Assembly: GCF_964355755.1 (NCBI RefSeq)
Contig: NC_092672.1
Coordinates: 15,128,001 to 15,192,000, forward strand
Source of the DNA: Antedon mediterranea
Taxonomy: Eukaryota; Animalia; Echinodermata
Reading direction: 5' to 3'
Length of the DNA stretch: 64,000 nucleotides
This document shows positions 53,315 to 64,000 of the stretch, in pieces (the stretch's first letter is position 1; each line of letters begins with the position of its first letter). The notes beneath the pieces are model-generated. The model made no database searches. It saw only the letters and a list, made by a program, of their open reading frames with translations, and was not told where the DNA came from. The position numbers were made by a program, and so were the translations under genes.

Positions 53315-55913
53315 GGCTATGCATTAGTTCAGAAAGTGAAAGCGTTAAGTTGTTTGTATATAGTAGTTGGCAGTTTGTAAAAAAATGTTAAAACAATAAC
53401 TCTTATTTCAATATCACAGTGTGCATTTTAAATCCAGTTGAAGGGAGATGTAGTGTCGTACAGTTTATAAATGGGTTATTTAGTAAACATATCCTGGCAA
53501 CGCCAAACTCGTGTAGAATACGCATGCGTGCAGGACACGCTGTGGTACCAAACAGCATGTAATAAAAAGATAGAACTGCAATTTATAGTGTCTACCGAAT
53601 CGTCATTAAAGTCATCGTAAACAATATTACAGGGGGCTACTTCTTCCGTACTTCCAGTCACATCGGGTATACCTCAGGGCAGTTGTCTTGGTCCAATTTT
53701 ATTCAATATGTTTGTGAACGATGTTAATCATAATGTTTCTTCTGAATGTTTTCTTTTTGCAGATGATATAATACTATATAGACACAGACAAAATGCCAAC
53801 GATATTGTTAATTTGCAAAATGATATAAATATTTTATCTAATTGGGCTGATAAGAATCAAATGAAATTTAATGTCAACAAAACTAAATTAATGCATATCC
53901 CCAGAAAGCGTAACTTTGTTATTAAAGCCGTTGTACTTTCTTAATGGTGAGACAATTGCGGTGGTTGATAGCCATAAACATTTAGGAGTACATATCGATT
54001 CTAAACTGAATTGGAATGTTCAAATCAATAATCTAATATCTAAAGCTAATCGAATGTTAGGCTTTATTTTTTCTGTAGCCGGAAATTGTTCTCCAGACGC
54101 GATTTCGTGTCTGTACAAAACTTTGGTGCTACCTATTCTAGAGTATGGTTTGCCGGCGTGGGGCCCCAGAAATGGAGGACACATAAAACGCCTCAAACAG
54201 GTTCAGCGACGGGCCTCTAGACGTATTCTGGGACCCCACTGCGGACCTATATCATACGACGAACGTTTAATAACTTTGGGTTGGTTATCCTTACGTGATA
54301 GACGTTTAATGATTTTAATTTCCTTTATATTTCGTTGTTTTTATAATGTAACTTTTTGTAGTACTGTAAATAACAATATCCATATCAATCAACGCCATCC
54401 TGAATTACTTACATTTGTCCACCCTTTTGCACGTACCGATACTTTAAAATATTCGTCTATCAACAATTTTCCTGTTATATGGTCATCACTACCCTCCATA
54501 ATCAAAGATCAAGCAGTTACTCTTCCTTTGAAAAATTTCCTGTCGAAATTGAAAAAATATCTGCTTGATCAACACTAAATTTATTTTAATTGTATAGGTG
54601 TATTTTAAATTGTGTAACACAGTAATACAAATTAATTAAATTTTTTATATATTCTGTATATTTTATATTCATTTTTAACTTGTATTAAGTTGTATGTTAC
54701 AGGGGTTGCGGACACAAATGTGTTATGGCGCTCTGTTGCTGTCGCAACCCCTGGACCGCTTGTTGTCGAATAAAGAAATGAAAATGAAATGAAACTCGGT
54801 GACAGATGTAGGACTTGGGAGCGAGTGTATAGCTTGTATTTTTGTAGATCAGGATGTATGCCATCTGCATCATAGAGACTTCCAATTTTACACAATGTGT
54901 TTTGATGGCACATTTGTCAATGTTAAATACAAGGCCATATTTTTCTGCAACTTTCATAATTTTATGCAGGTTCTGATCATGTTCTTTCTCATCATGTCCG
55001 AAAACAATCACATCGTCAGCAATTCCAATTGTGACGGGGCACTGCTCCAAAATTATGTCCATCTTCTGTTGTAATATATCTTGTGACACTTTGAGTCCGA
55101 ATGGTAAGCGATTAAACCTAAATCTTCCAAAAGGCGAGTTGAATGTAGTTAGGAAGCTGGATTCATCTGTTGGCACAATGCTCCAATAACAGTGTCTCGC
55201 ATCAACTTTTCTAAAGGACTTTTGCAAATGTAGGTTATTGACGATACCCAATCAGGTGGTTCAGTTACTTTTGTTATTATTCCATTATTTTTCATTCTTG
55301 TCAGCTCTGCTTCCAGCTCATTTTTCAGGTGAATTGGGTACTTCCTTGGAGGGTGGATTACAGGCATCTTCAACCAATGTATGTTGAATTCACCTGGAAA
55401 TCTTCTGATATACCTTCGAATCTGTTTGGGTATTGGTTTTGTAGATAATTTTGATTTTGATCTTTGATTGGTGTGCACAGTAGTATTTACTGCACAGTTG
55501 ATTGTCACAAGTTTCAAAGCTCTTGCGTCGGGGAGTCCTAAGATTACTGGTCCTTTAACATATTTTATACTTAGAAGGTTAACCATGAACACTTGTTGTC
55601 ATTAAACTTGGCTTGGATCTGGACTGTACCATGTTGTGGAATTGTTGTTCCATTATGTATGCTGTCAGTTTGACTTGGCTTTGCTTTGTTTTCCCTGGCT
55701 TGGGAGCCCATCTGTATTGATACTGTGAGGTATCATTTGTTTGTACACGGGTAGGGGCAGAAAGTTCTCCTGGGCGCTTGTGTCCACTTTCCCAGAAAGG
55801 GTGCGTATGCCATTCCTTTGTGGTATTTGGACATTTAGGTTTAGCAAAGAGTTCATCGCCATCATTGTTCATTCCAACTAAATCAAACAATAGTTCCTCA
55901 AACTGTTCCACGA

Positions 55914-56078
55914 CATTGTTTTCATCTACATTGTTTTCATCTACATTGTTTTCATCTACTTTGTTTTCATCTACATTGTTTTCATCTACTTTGTTTTCAT
56001 CTACATTGTTTTCATCTACATTGTTTTCATCTACATTGTTTTCATCTACATTGTTTTCATCTACATTGTTTTCATCTA
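55914..56078. repeat. 15-bp tandem repeat (ACATTGTTTTCATCT), about 11 copies, encoding (VDENN)n in Gypsy B
   Basis: Directly visible, between the gag zinc-knuckle region and the protease on the minus strand. Confidence 0.9.
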
Positions 56079-56819
56079 TGTCAACAGCGTTCATCTGTCT
56101 CCTAAATGGACTTTTGTTTCTGGATCAGTATGAGTATGATCCTTTGGTTCTTTCATCGCTCGTTGCCTTGCGCATTCTGCCTCTGCACATTTTTTTCCAG
56201 TGTCCTTTTTTCCCACAAGCTTGGCAAACTGTACCGAAGGCTGGACATTGTTTAGGTCTATGGTTGTTTCCACAATTTCTGACTTGTTGTCTTAGTGTGT
56301 GAACTAGGGCATACGTCTCTTTCTTATGATTGAACGCTGCTCTGCATAGTTCTAGGGCTTTATCTAAGGTTAAGTCATCTTCCCTTAGTAGACGTTCACA
56401 GAGTTGATTATCTAGAATAACACAGACAATCCATCCTGTCTCATAATAAGGAGTCAGTTAAGTCTCTGAACTAGCAAGATTTCACTTTTGTCCTTAATTC
56501 TGTCACGTACTGGTCAATTGTTTCAACACAGATGCATGTTGACATCTAGTGAAAAAATTGTGTCTTTCAAATTTTTTGGTGAACAATACTTTTCGAACTA
56601 TTCAAGGACTTTTTTTAGCTTCAAAGATCTTCTTCAGTGTCGAATTTAAACGTATTATAAACATCTAGTGCGTTTTTCCCAGTAATGGGGAGCAACATAG
56701 ATGTTTGTGTTGAGTCGTCTTTTTTTGCGGTGCCAGAAGCGGTATTTTAGAGTAAAAATCTTTGTTTAAATTTTTTCCAGTTTTCAGAACATTTCCTGTT
56801 AGTCCTGGCTGTGTTAGGT

Positions 56820-57025
56820 TTTTATTTATTTTTTATTTATTTCAACAATATTTTACAAGGGTGGTCCATCCAGCCAAAGCTGATCATTAGGGACCCTCAC
56901 AGAAATACATCATGAGAAGACATAAACATGTAACAATAACAATTTGATTAAAATAAATATAATTTATAAAAATAAAATAAAGCACAAACAATTTAGAATC
57001 AAAAATTAAATAAATTAAATTAAAT
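56820..57025 (-). mobile_element. Short LINE/SINE 3'-end insertion in Gypsy B gag
   Basis: A-rich tail on the minus strand plus a stem-loop-like segment (agggtggtccatccagccaaagctgatcattagggaccct), interrupting the gag N-terminus. Confidence 0.45.
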
Positions 57026-57278
57026 CGGCCTCTCAGAAAAGGAAGTAACTAGACAAAGAAGATGGTTTGTGAGCCATGTTGTCACCGTAACTGTTTTGTA
57101 GGCCTATGCTAGGTACGTTCATGCTTTGCTATTCGGCTGTTTTACACGCTGTGTAGAGTGGTAAAATAGTTAATACTAGTAGTAGTGTACTGACCTGGCT
57201 TTGTGTTATTGCGTTACATTCGCTTATATACCGCTGCTACCATGTAATAAGATCAGATGCCTTGTAGTCATGTGACTT

Positions 57279-59310
57279 ATGTGGTAATTAATTAAATGGT
57301 GGGCTATTATCACTCCTTTATGACGTTGGGTATACCGAACAATGATAGGATATTAGCTAGTTTGGGAATTAATATTTTGGAAGAAGTGGATGTTAATGTT
57401 TCAATCACTTGATATCTGGTTTAATCATCTGTTACGACCATGAGGTAGTATCCATTTGGGAAAGGACCACAAAAGTCTATGCTCAGTTCTGTTCATGGTC
57501 CATCACTTGGTCGGCCCTAGTCAAGTCGGCCCCTAGTCAAGTCGGCCCAAAGTCAACTCGGCCTCGAGTCATCTCGGCCTCATTACAACTCGGCCAAAAA
57601 CTAATCGGTCAACTCGGCCCCAATAAAGTATGGAACGCAAAAAGCGAGGCGAATTGATAAAAGAATAAAATAAAACATATTATTTTTTATAAACATTTTT
57701 ATTTTACTGTTATCTTAATAATATCTATCTAGATATCTACTGTAAGAACATTTCGATTTATTCTGGGAACATCCTTGTAATGTATCAAAATATATAGGCT
57801 AGGCCTATCTAACAAACACGTAGGCTACTGAAACTATAGGCCTACATCACAACTATTAATATAGATATTTACTATCAATTAAACGAAAAACGACAGAGTG
57901 TGTTATAATTTGAATATTGAATTTTCCGTTTTATTTTGTCTAGGACTATAGGCTATAAGCCTAACCTATTAGTATAGATTAGTAAATCCTGCCATTATAA
58001 TATTAACTACACCTTAACTATTAGGCCTAGCACTTTTTGTGTTCCATATTTTAATGTGGCCGAGTTGAGCGATTAGTATTTGGCCAAGTTGACGTGAGGC
58101 CGAGTTGGTTTGAGGCCGAGATGACGTGAGGCCGAGTTGACTTGAGGCCGACTTGACTTTGGCCGAGACGGTTTAGGGCCGAGTTGACCTGCAACCAATT
58201 TGGACATCTTTAACGTTTCAACTTTTTGTGCTGGTGTGGTCATTTCATATGCTGTGCACTCTTTATTCATCTCTTCTAATTGTTTATCTATTCTTGGAAA
58301 CTATATCTTCTCTCTCAATAAGCTCTTTGTTTTCACTACTCTTATGTGTCCTTTATGAGCTATAGAAATTGATTTCTTTTGTAGCGATTTATTCTTGTTC
58401 CACAAAGTATGACTTTATTTTCTGGGCTTAGAGTTAGTTCTTTACAAACTTGATAATAAGCTTTCTTTGTCAATACATTGATGAAAACCTATTTTCCATC
58501 TTATATTCGTTTACTGACCCACTGTAGTGTTGGATCAGTTTCAGTTTCTCGTTGGATTTCTTCTTTGGTCATAGCTTTTGGTATTGTGTGGTTGATTATA
58601 AAGTTGACGTATTTGTCGACCACTTTTGCACTTTTTGTGTTGTGTCCATTTTTTTTTTTTATTGAGTGACGAGATAGACAATCTGCAGGATTCTGGCTTC
58701 CTGGTCTGTATTTGATCTCAAAGTTGTAATCCATATGCAACTATCTGTGGTTGCTGATCTGTGTAAATTTCTGTAAGCTTTGTAGGGTGAAAGTATGCCA
58801 TTAATTGTTAATTATGGTTGCAAAATCCGGCACAAATCGTGCGGAATACGCCATGCCTAACAAACTTCGAACTTTGTCTGCATCCTTTGGTTCTTCACCT
58901 CCTCGATGGCTTGAGTTTTCCTGGGATCGGGAGATGTCTTTGTTCGAGAAGATGTCACCATAGAAGTATAAGTTGGTTTTATTGAAGATGCATTTATAAA
59001 TATTGAGTTTTAAGCCCTTTTCATTTAATCTTTTGAGTACATCTCGTAGGCTTTGATCATGTTATTTCTGTGTTGCACCAAATACTAAGTATATCATTAC
59101 TCATGTTTCGTGCTAATGGTATGCCTTGTAGGACTTGTTCAATCACATTTTGGAAGATCTCGCAGTCTTTTATATCTTCTTAGACCAACATGTGTTGCAA
59201 ATGTTGTGATTTGCCTGCTATCTGGATGTAGTTCAGGTATCCCGATTTTAAATCAAGCTTTGAGAATATCTCAAGTCATGAATAATGTCATCAATCGTTG
59301 AGGTCACATG
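57279..59310 (-). pseudogene. Degenerate Gypsy C pol fragment (RT to integrase), related to Gypsy A
   Basis: Minus-strand YNFEIKYRPGSQNPAD, VETLKMSKL|PSDGP*TELSIDFCGPF and LFGIP..SDNSPPFN, with many stops and frameshifts. Confidence 0.8.
57510..58196. mobile_element. TIR element with GTCAACTCGGCC subrepeats inserted in the Gypsy C integrase
   Basis: Inverted arrays of GTCAA(C/G)TCGGCC at 57510-57620 and 58058-58196. The left terminus is truncated and the flanks rejoin as integrase sequence. Confidence 0.75.
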
Positions 59311-59929
59311 TCAGGGGCGGTTGCAGAATTATTTTAAGGGGGTTGCCTCTGTGTCCAGAACCGTAGATAACCTGTAACCTTTGGAAAAGCGAATTTATTA
59401 AATGACACCCCTAGATGGCCGAAAATGGTACTCTCACACATACAATTCACGATAAACGACACCGGTAAGCTAATAAATTCTGGCAATTATAATCAATAAA
59501 ATACAAATTAATTATTATTATCAATTAATATAATTAAAAAATAGAAAAAAAATATAAAGCTGCTGATATAAATATATTAAGCAAAACATTATTTGTATTT
59601 GTATTAATTGTATTACTTTGATCAATAAGTCAGTAAAACCACAATTAGCAAAATTCATTTTCATTTATCCACTATAAAGTGTTGCTTAAACTACACTACT
59701 AATTATGGACAAATAAACGACCCATATGACGGAGGTTTACACGAACACAGTGTGTAGTGGCCTTTCGTACCTTCTCATGACACACACAAGCAATCCAATC
59801 AGTCAGAAATTTATTCTGAGCATGTTTAGCCATAATCAATAGAAAGAATTGACTATCTCCCGTCACAACGACCTCTCGTAAGTGACCACTTCTACTGAAC
59901 GACCACCGTCTCTTTTAAGGGACGGCTTA

Positions 59930-60087
59930 AAGCAGTATTCAAAATGCAGTTGAACAAGAGAAAGATAAAGTTGATTTAAAGTTGACTGATTAATAAAAGG
60001 TTTTACACGTTTAAGGATGGAAAGAATTGCAAATACCTTCTTGAATACAGATTTCACATGGTCATGCCAAGTTAACTGATAACTCAA
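59930..60087 (-). pseudogene. L2/CR1-type LINE C-terminal fragment
   Basis: LTWHDHVKSVFKKV..ILKRVKPFINQSTLNQLYLSLVQLHFEYC. Confidence 0.65.
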
Positions 60088-60278
60088 TGTAATTTAGTAT
60101 ACAATGATTGCAGTAATCGTCGTGTCTATAACACAAATCAATAAAACACTAAATACCATTATTATATAAAAAAACCTTCTGTAATATAGTGTGTTGAGGT
60201 TTTCTGACTTGTAATGAGGACTCTACTCGCTTGACTGCAGTAACACATATATTCTAATAATACTTGATACAATAATAA

Positions 60279-60925
60279 CTAGAAAGCCACTCCGAGAGTG
60301 CATACCTCCGCCTACTGTAAAATTCTCCTACATAAGATTTCTCCGGTAAAAAAAAAATGTATATATATATTTGTGTGTGTCCTAATGATGTTGGTGATTT
60401 AGGCTAATTTCACTACAAGCATGTGTATGCGAGTTTGGTGTAATGGTTATGTAACAAGCCTTTCAATTAACAATAGCTTCAGTTGACTAACAATAGAACA
60501 GCAACGCGAAAATCAAACGAGTGAATTTGAAAAGAAATAGGTTTTTTAAAATAATCGCATAAAAAAACGTGCACATTACATCAAATTATATTTTAAAATT
60601 ACAAATCACAAATTATAACTCTTGCCTATTGTACAAAAATGAAGTTTTTTGGAAAATTAGTTTTTGAGAAAATGCAATTTCAGTTTACTTGTTACTTTAA
60701 GACTGCTCGTCGGCTTTTGAAAAATTCTGTCCTATCTAGCAGGTTTGAAAAGTATACTAAAAAGTAGTCCAGAATTGGGACCATGGAATTTAATGGAATG
60801 GTCCTTCACATATCTATCTGTTTATTCATTTTGGTAAAGATCTTGTAATTACTTTTTGAGTAATCCTGCTAACAAACAAACAAACACACGCTACCGATTA
60901 CATATACCTCCTTGGCGGAGGTAAA
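60279..60925 (-). mobile_element. Non-autonomous Helentron/Helitron2-type element
   Basis: Minus-strand 5' TTACCTCCGCCAAGGAGGT hairpin, an asymmetric subterminal inverted copy GGCGGAGGT, a short 3' hairpin with a CTAG end, and a (TTTG)n microsatellite near the 5' end. Confidence 0.7.
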
Positions 60926-62006
60926 TAATTCAGAATATAACTCAGGATAGTATTCAGGATAATGCAACTAAGGAACAGACGATAAAGTAATGCTGTAAGT
61001 GAGGTGTGAGTGTAGATCTGCTTCTGAGGAAGTGTCGGTAAGGTGTGTGTGTGGAGGCTCCTCAAACTTGGGGGTATATTGGCTCCTGTTCATTAGCATA
61101 TAACATCATCTGTGAGGCTAATGATTGGTCCTAAGTTGATCCAGGGACCCTTGGATAGAAGTGAGAGAAAGAGAGAGAGGTCAAATCAACTGTGTTTACT
61201 TTTGGGATTTAATTATGGACTAAATGGACTAAATGTAGGCCTACATTAAAACATCTGGATGATCTGGACTTCTGGGGCAAGTTTGTGAACTCAATTGAAT
61301 CCTAATACAAGGGTTGATTTCTCAATTATAAATGTATATCATTACATTACACTTCATACGCGAGAAAAAAGTTTTGTCCATAAATAAACTGCAAAGAAAG
61401 CAATGGTCATACATCAAGGTTACTCATACTGATTAAACTATAGAAGGCTCACTACTATAGTTAGGTATGAACAGTCTTAACTGATGGTCTTAACTCCCTG
61501 ATTAATTAACTTTATCAGATAGACAGTCTTACTAAAGCCACGCCTGTTTAGACCATTGCTATAAAACAGTCTTAGCTATAAGACCGTGTAAAGTAACAAA
61601 TTGAGAGCGTACTTTGCGCGTGGAATACCAAATAAATGTTCGTCACGCTTGTTCATTTCACAATCATAACAGATATACATTTACACACAAGAAAATCTAT
61701 TCTAGGCCTACATAATAATATAAGAATAAAATTATGTTATTATTTGATTTAACACTTAAAACTTGTTAAATTGGTTGTGTTTCACGATAAATAATACGTA
61801 GAAGCAACAAAAAGAGAGGTTTTAAGACAGTTTTAAGATGCCTTCGAGTAGGCTTTAATATTAAAGACCGCTTACAGGTTAGACCGCGGTATAGCAATGG
61901 TCTATAATAAAGACTACTTGCTACGTCACGAATTATAGCTGCCTAAGCGCTAAGACCGTTTATAGACCGCTTACAGTAATCAACTCCCTGAGATGCTGTT
62001 CTACAT

Positions 62007-64000
62007 CTCCCTTTGTTAGTTAATGAGTTGTATATCTATGATTCAGTATTACTGCATACTATATATAGAGTTCTTTTGTAAACAGTCAAAAGTTCAATTA
62101 TATTGGTTCAACAGCTTAACTTTACAATGATCAAAGTTCACAAATTATAACGAGGATTTGGACGTATAACTCTTCCATATCGAGTGGTCGACAGTGGTTG
62201 GTGTACTTTGGTGTGCGATGGTTGTGTGTCGCTGTTGACTTTCGTGAATACTGGGTTAGGTTCGGACAACGGGATGATGTGTCTGTGATTTCTGCGTAAC
62301 TCTGTACCATTAGTATTTATAATGTATGATCGTGGATTGGTTGAGGATTTTAAAATTGTTCTGAGTTGGTCGAAACCTTTTGGTGTTTGTAGTCTTACAA
62401 CTTGACCGGGTCGGAATTTGTATGTTGATTTGTTTTGTTGTTGTTTCTTCCTTGAGTTTTTGTATGCCTGATGTCATGATTGGTTTTAACAATTGTTTAT
62501 TTGTAGGGATAGTTCTTTAAAGTCACGTGCTCTACGTTTCGTTGCTTCTGCTCCGATATGGCCATCATGAAGTCTTTTGGCATAATTGGCTTGTAATGAT
62601 TTGAGTATGATAGCTTTCATCCCTTTCATTATAATGTTATCGATCGTTAATTTTTCTTAAACGGGTTGGCGAAGCTCTGCTGATACATTTTTTTGTTTTG
62701 TTGAAATGACTGAGCTGCTGGAGTGTCTGGTCATTTGCGGTAGAGATAGAGAGTTCCTTCAGCGTTGATGGTGTTATGGGTAGTATGGCCATAACTTTAA
62801 ACTTCGCTTTTTCGTCGTCACTTTGGTATTGCTACTTGCTGCACGAGACAATGTGTCAGCGACAAACATGTCTACACCTTTCTTGTATACAAGTGATATC
62901 TCATATCTCTGGAGTTGCATTATCATACGCTGTAGACGTGCTGGGATCATGAACATCGGTTTGTTCATGATTGCGATCAGTGGTTTGTGATCAGTTTCCA
63001 CTGTTGTTGGTTTACCATATATGTAATCAAAGAATTTGTTACAAGCAAAGACAACTGCGGGGAGTTCTTTCTCTATTTGTGCATAGTTCTGTTCACATGG
63101 GGTCATAGTACGAGATGCATATGCTATGAGTTCACCATTCTGTAAGCATGCAGCGCCTAGACCAAATTGTAACACATGTGAGTGTAATAGCTTTGCATAC
63201 ATCATAATATTTCAGCAGGGGTAAGTTACATATCATGCTTTGGAGTTGTTCATACGCTTTCTAGTGTTTATTATACCAACACCACTGGACATTGTTATAT
63301 GCTCAAGTTTGGTATGAATTTCGCTAGGTAGTTTAACATACCGAGGTATCGCTGAAGTGATTGAGTGGAGTCTGGAATGTTCATTTTCTTGATGGCACTG
63401 ATTTTGTGGGGTCTGGTTTCAAACCTTCCAAAATAAACGTGTGTCCAACATAGTAAACATTCTGAACACCAAATTACATTTGTTAGGGTTACGGTAAGCT
63501 TTAAATTGAGTTTCGTGCGCAATCAAAGACACTCTTGAGATTTGCGTCGTGTTCCTGCTTGGTTCTTCCTCCAATCAAAATGTCGTCAACTATGATAGAA
63601 CATGGTTGATCAGCGAATAGTTGGTTCATAGCACTTTGGTAGACGTCCGATGATGAATTTGGCATTCTTATTAATACTCTATTAATAACGACCATGAGGT
63701 GTGCTAAACGTTGTGAGAATAGATGACTCGTAGTCTAGTGGTATCTGCCAGAACGATGATTTGGCATCTAATATGGAGATGGTAGCACCTTTCATGTTGG
63801 CTGCTACTTCTTCGTCGGACGGTGTTTTGGTCGTTTGAGCGCTTTATTTAAATCATGTGGATCTATAGAAATATGTGACTGGCAGCTTGCCTAGCGCACT
63901 ATCAAATAAATCTGGGTATTCATCGAATGGGTTCATGTCTGTATGACTGATCTGGACCTAACGATATCAAACCCATGCGTAAACAATCGCGTAGGCCTAG
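62007..64000 (-). mobile_element. Degenerate Gypsy D pol and 3' region; runs off the window end
   Basis: Minus-strand IIVDDIL, LQRYLGMLNYLAKFIPNL, YASRTMTPCEQNYAQIEKE, TDHKPL and ADTLSR. PPT AGGGAGA followed by TGTAG (LTR start) near 62006. Confidence 0.82.

Larger units (their letters stand above)
47260..53631 (+). mobile_element. Full-length young Gypsy LTR retrotransposon A (Mag-like)
   Basis: 183-bp LTRs at 47260-47442 and 53449-53631 (TG...CA, one visible mismatch), 5-bp TSD GGGGG, PBS TGGCGACGAG (matches the tRNA-Ser(GCU) 3' end as I recall it) and PPT GAAGGGAGA. Confidence 0.95.
46381..54794 (+). mobile_element. 5'-truncated CR1/L2-group LINE inserted in Gypsy B pol and split by Gypsy A
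   Basis: RT motifs APGPD, NYRPVAL, QHGFVKHKSC, FLDMSKAF (46473-47259) rejoin in frame with SGIPQGSCLGPILF and FADD (53637 onward) once Gypsy A is removed. 3' tail AATAAAGAAATGAAAATGAAATGAAA ends at 54794. Confidence 0.9.
42796..57278 (-). mobile_element. Old degenerate Gypsy LTR retrotransposon B, host of nested insertions
   Basis: 3' LTR at 42796-42980 (TGTAAT...ATTACA) with adjacent PPT (minus AAGGTGGAGGA). A 36-bp remnant of the 5' LTR at 57243-57278 has PBS TGGTAGCAGCGG. Minus-strand gag (ENWKKFKQRF, ~56790), protease and RT (55592-54795; RLPFGLKVSQD, IADD), RNase H/integrase (46380-45200; GIPDKIVSNNGPHF). Confidence 0.85.

Overview
AT-rich eukaryotic genomic DNA. The repeat families and composition suggest a marine invertebrate, possibly an echinoderm (inference only). 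I can support one cellular protein-coding gene: an intronless three-Ig-domain type I membrane receptor (8483-9949, minus strand). The rest is mostly transposable elements and minisatellites. The 42.8-57.3 kb region is a five-level nested insertion: an old Gypsy contains a CR1/L2-type LINE, which contains a young Mag-type Gypsy with near-identical LTRs, which contains a Harbinger deletion derivative, which contains a Mutator-like foldback element. Three tandem arrays (53, 45 and 15 bp) lie inside retroelement coding sequence, and a 60-bp array has higher-order structure. Also present are Helitron/Helentron-type elements, many MITEs with readable TSDs, an RTE LINE, a probable solo LTR and a tRNA-like sequence. 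There is no CRISPR array or prokaryotic system. All coordinates were read by eye and may be off by a few bases.
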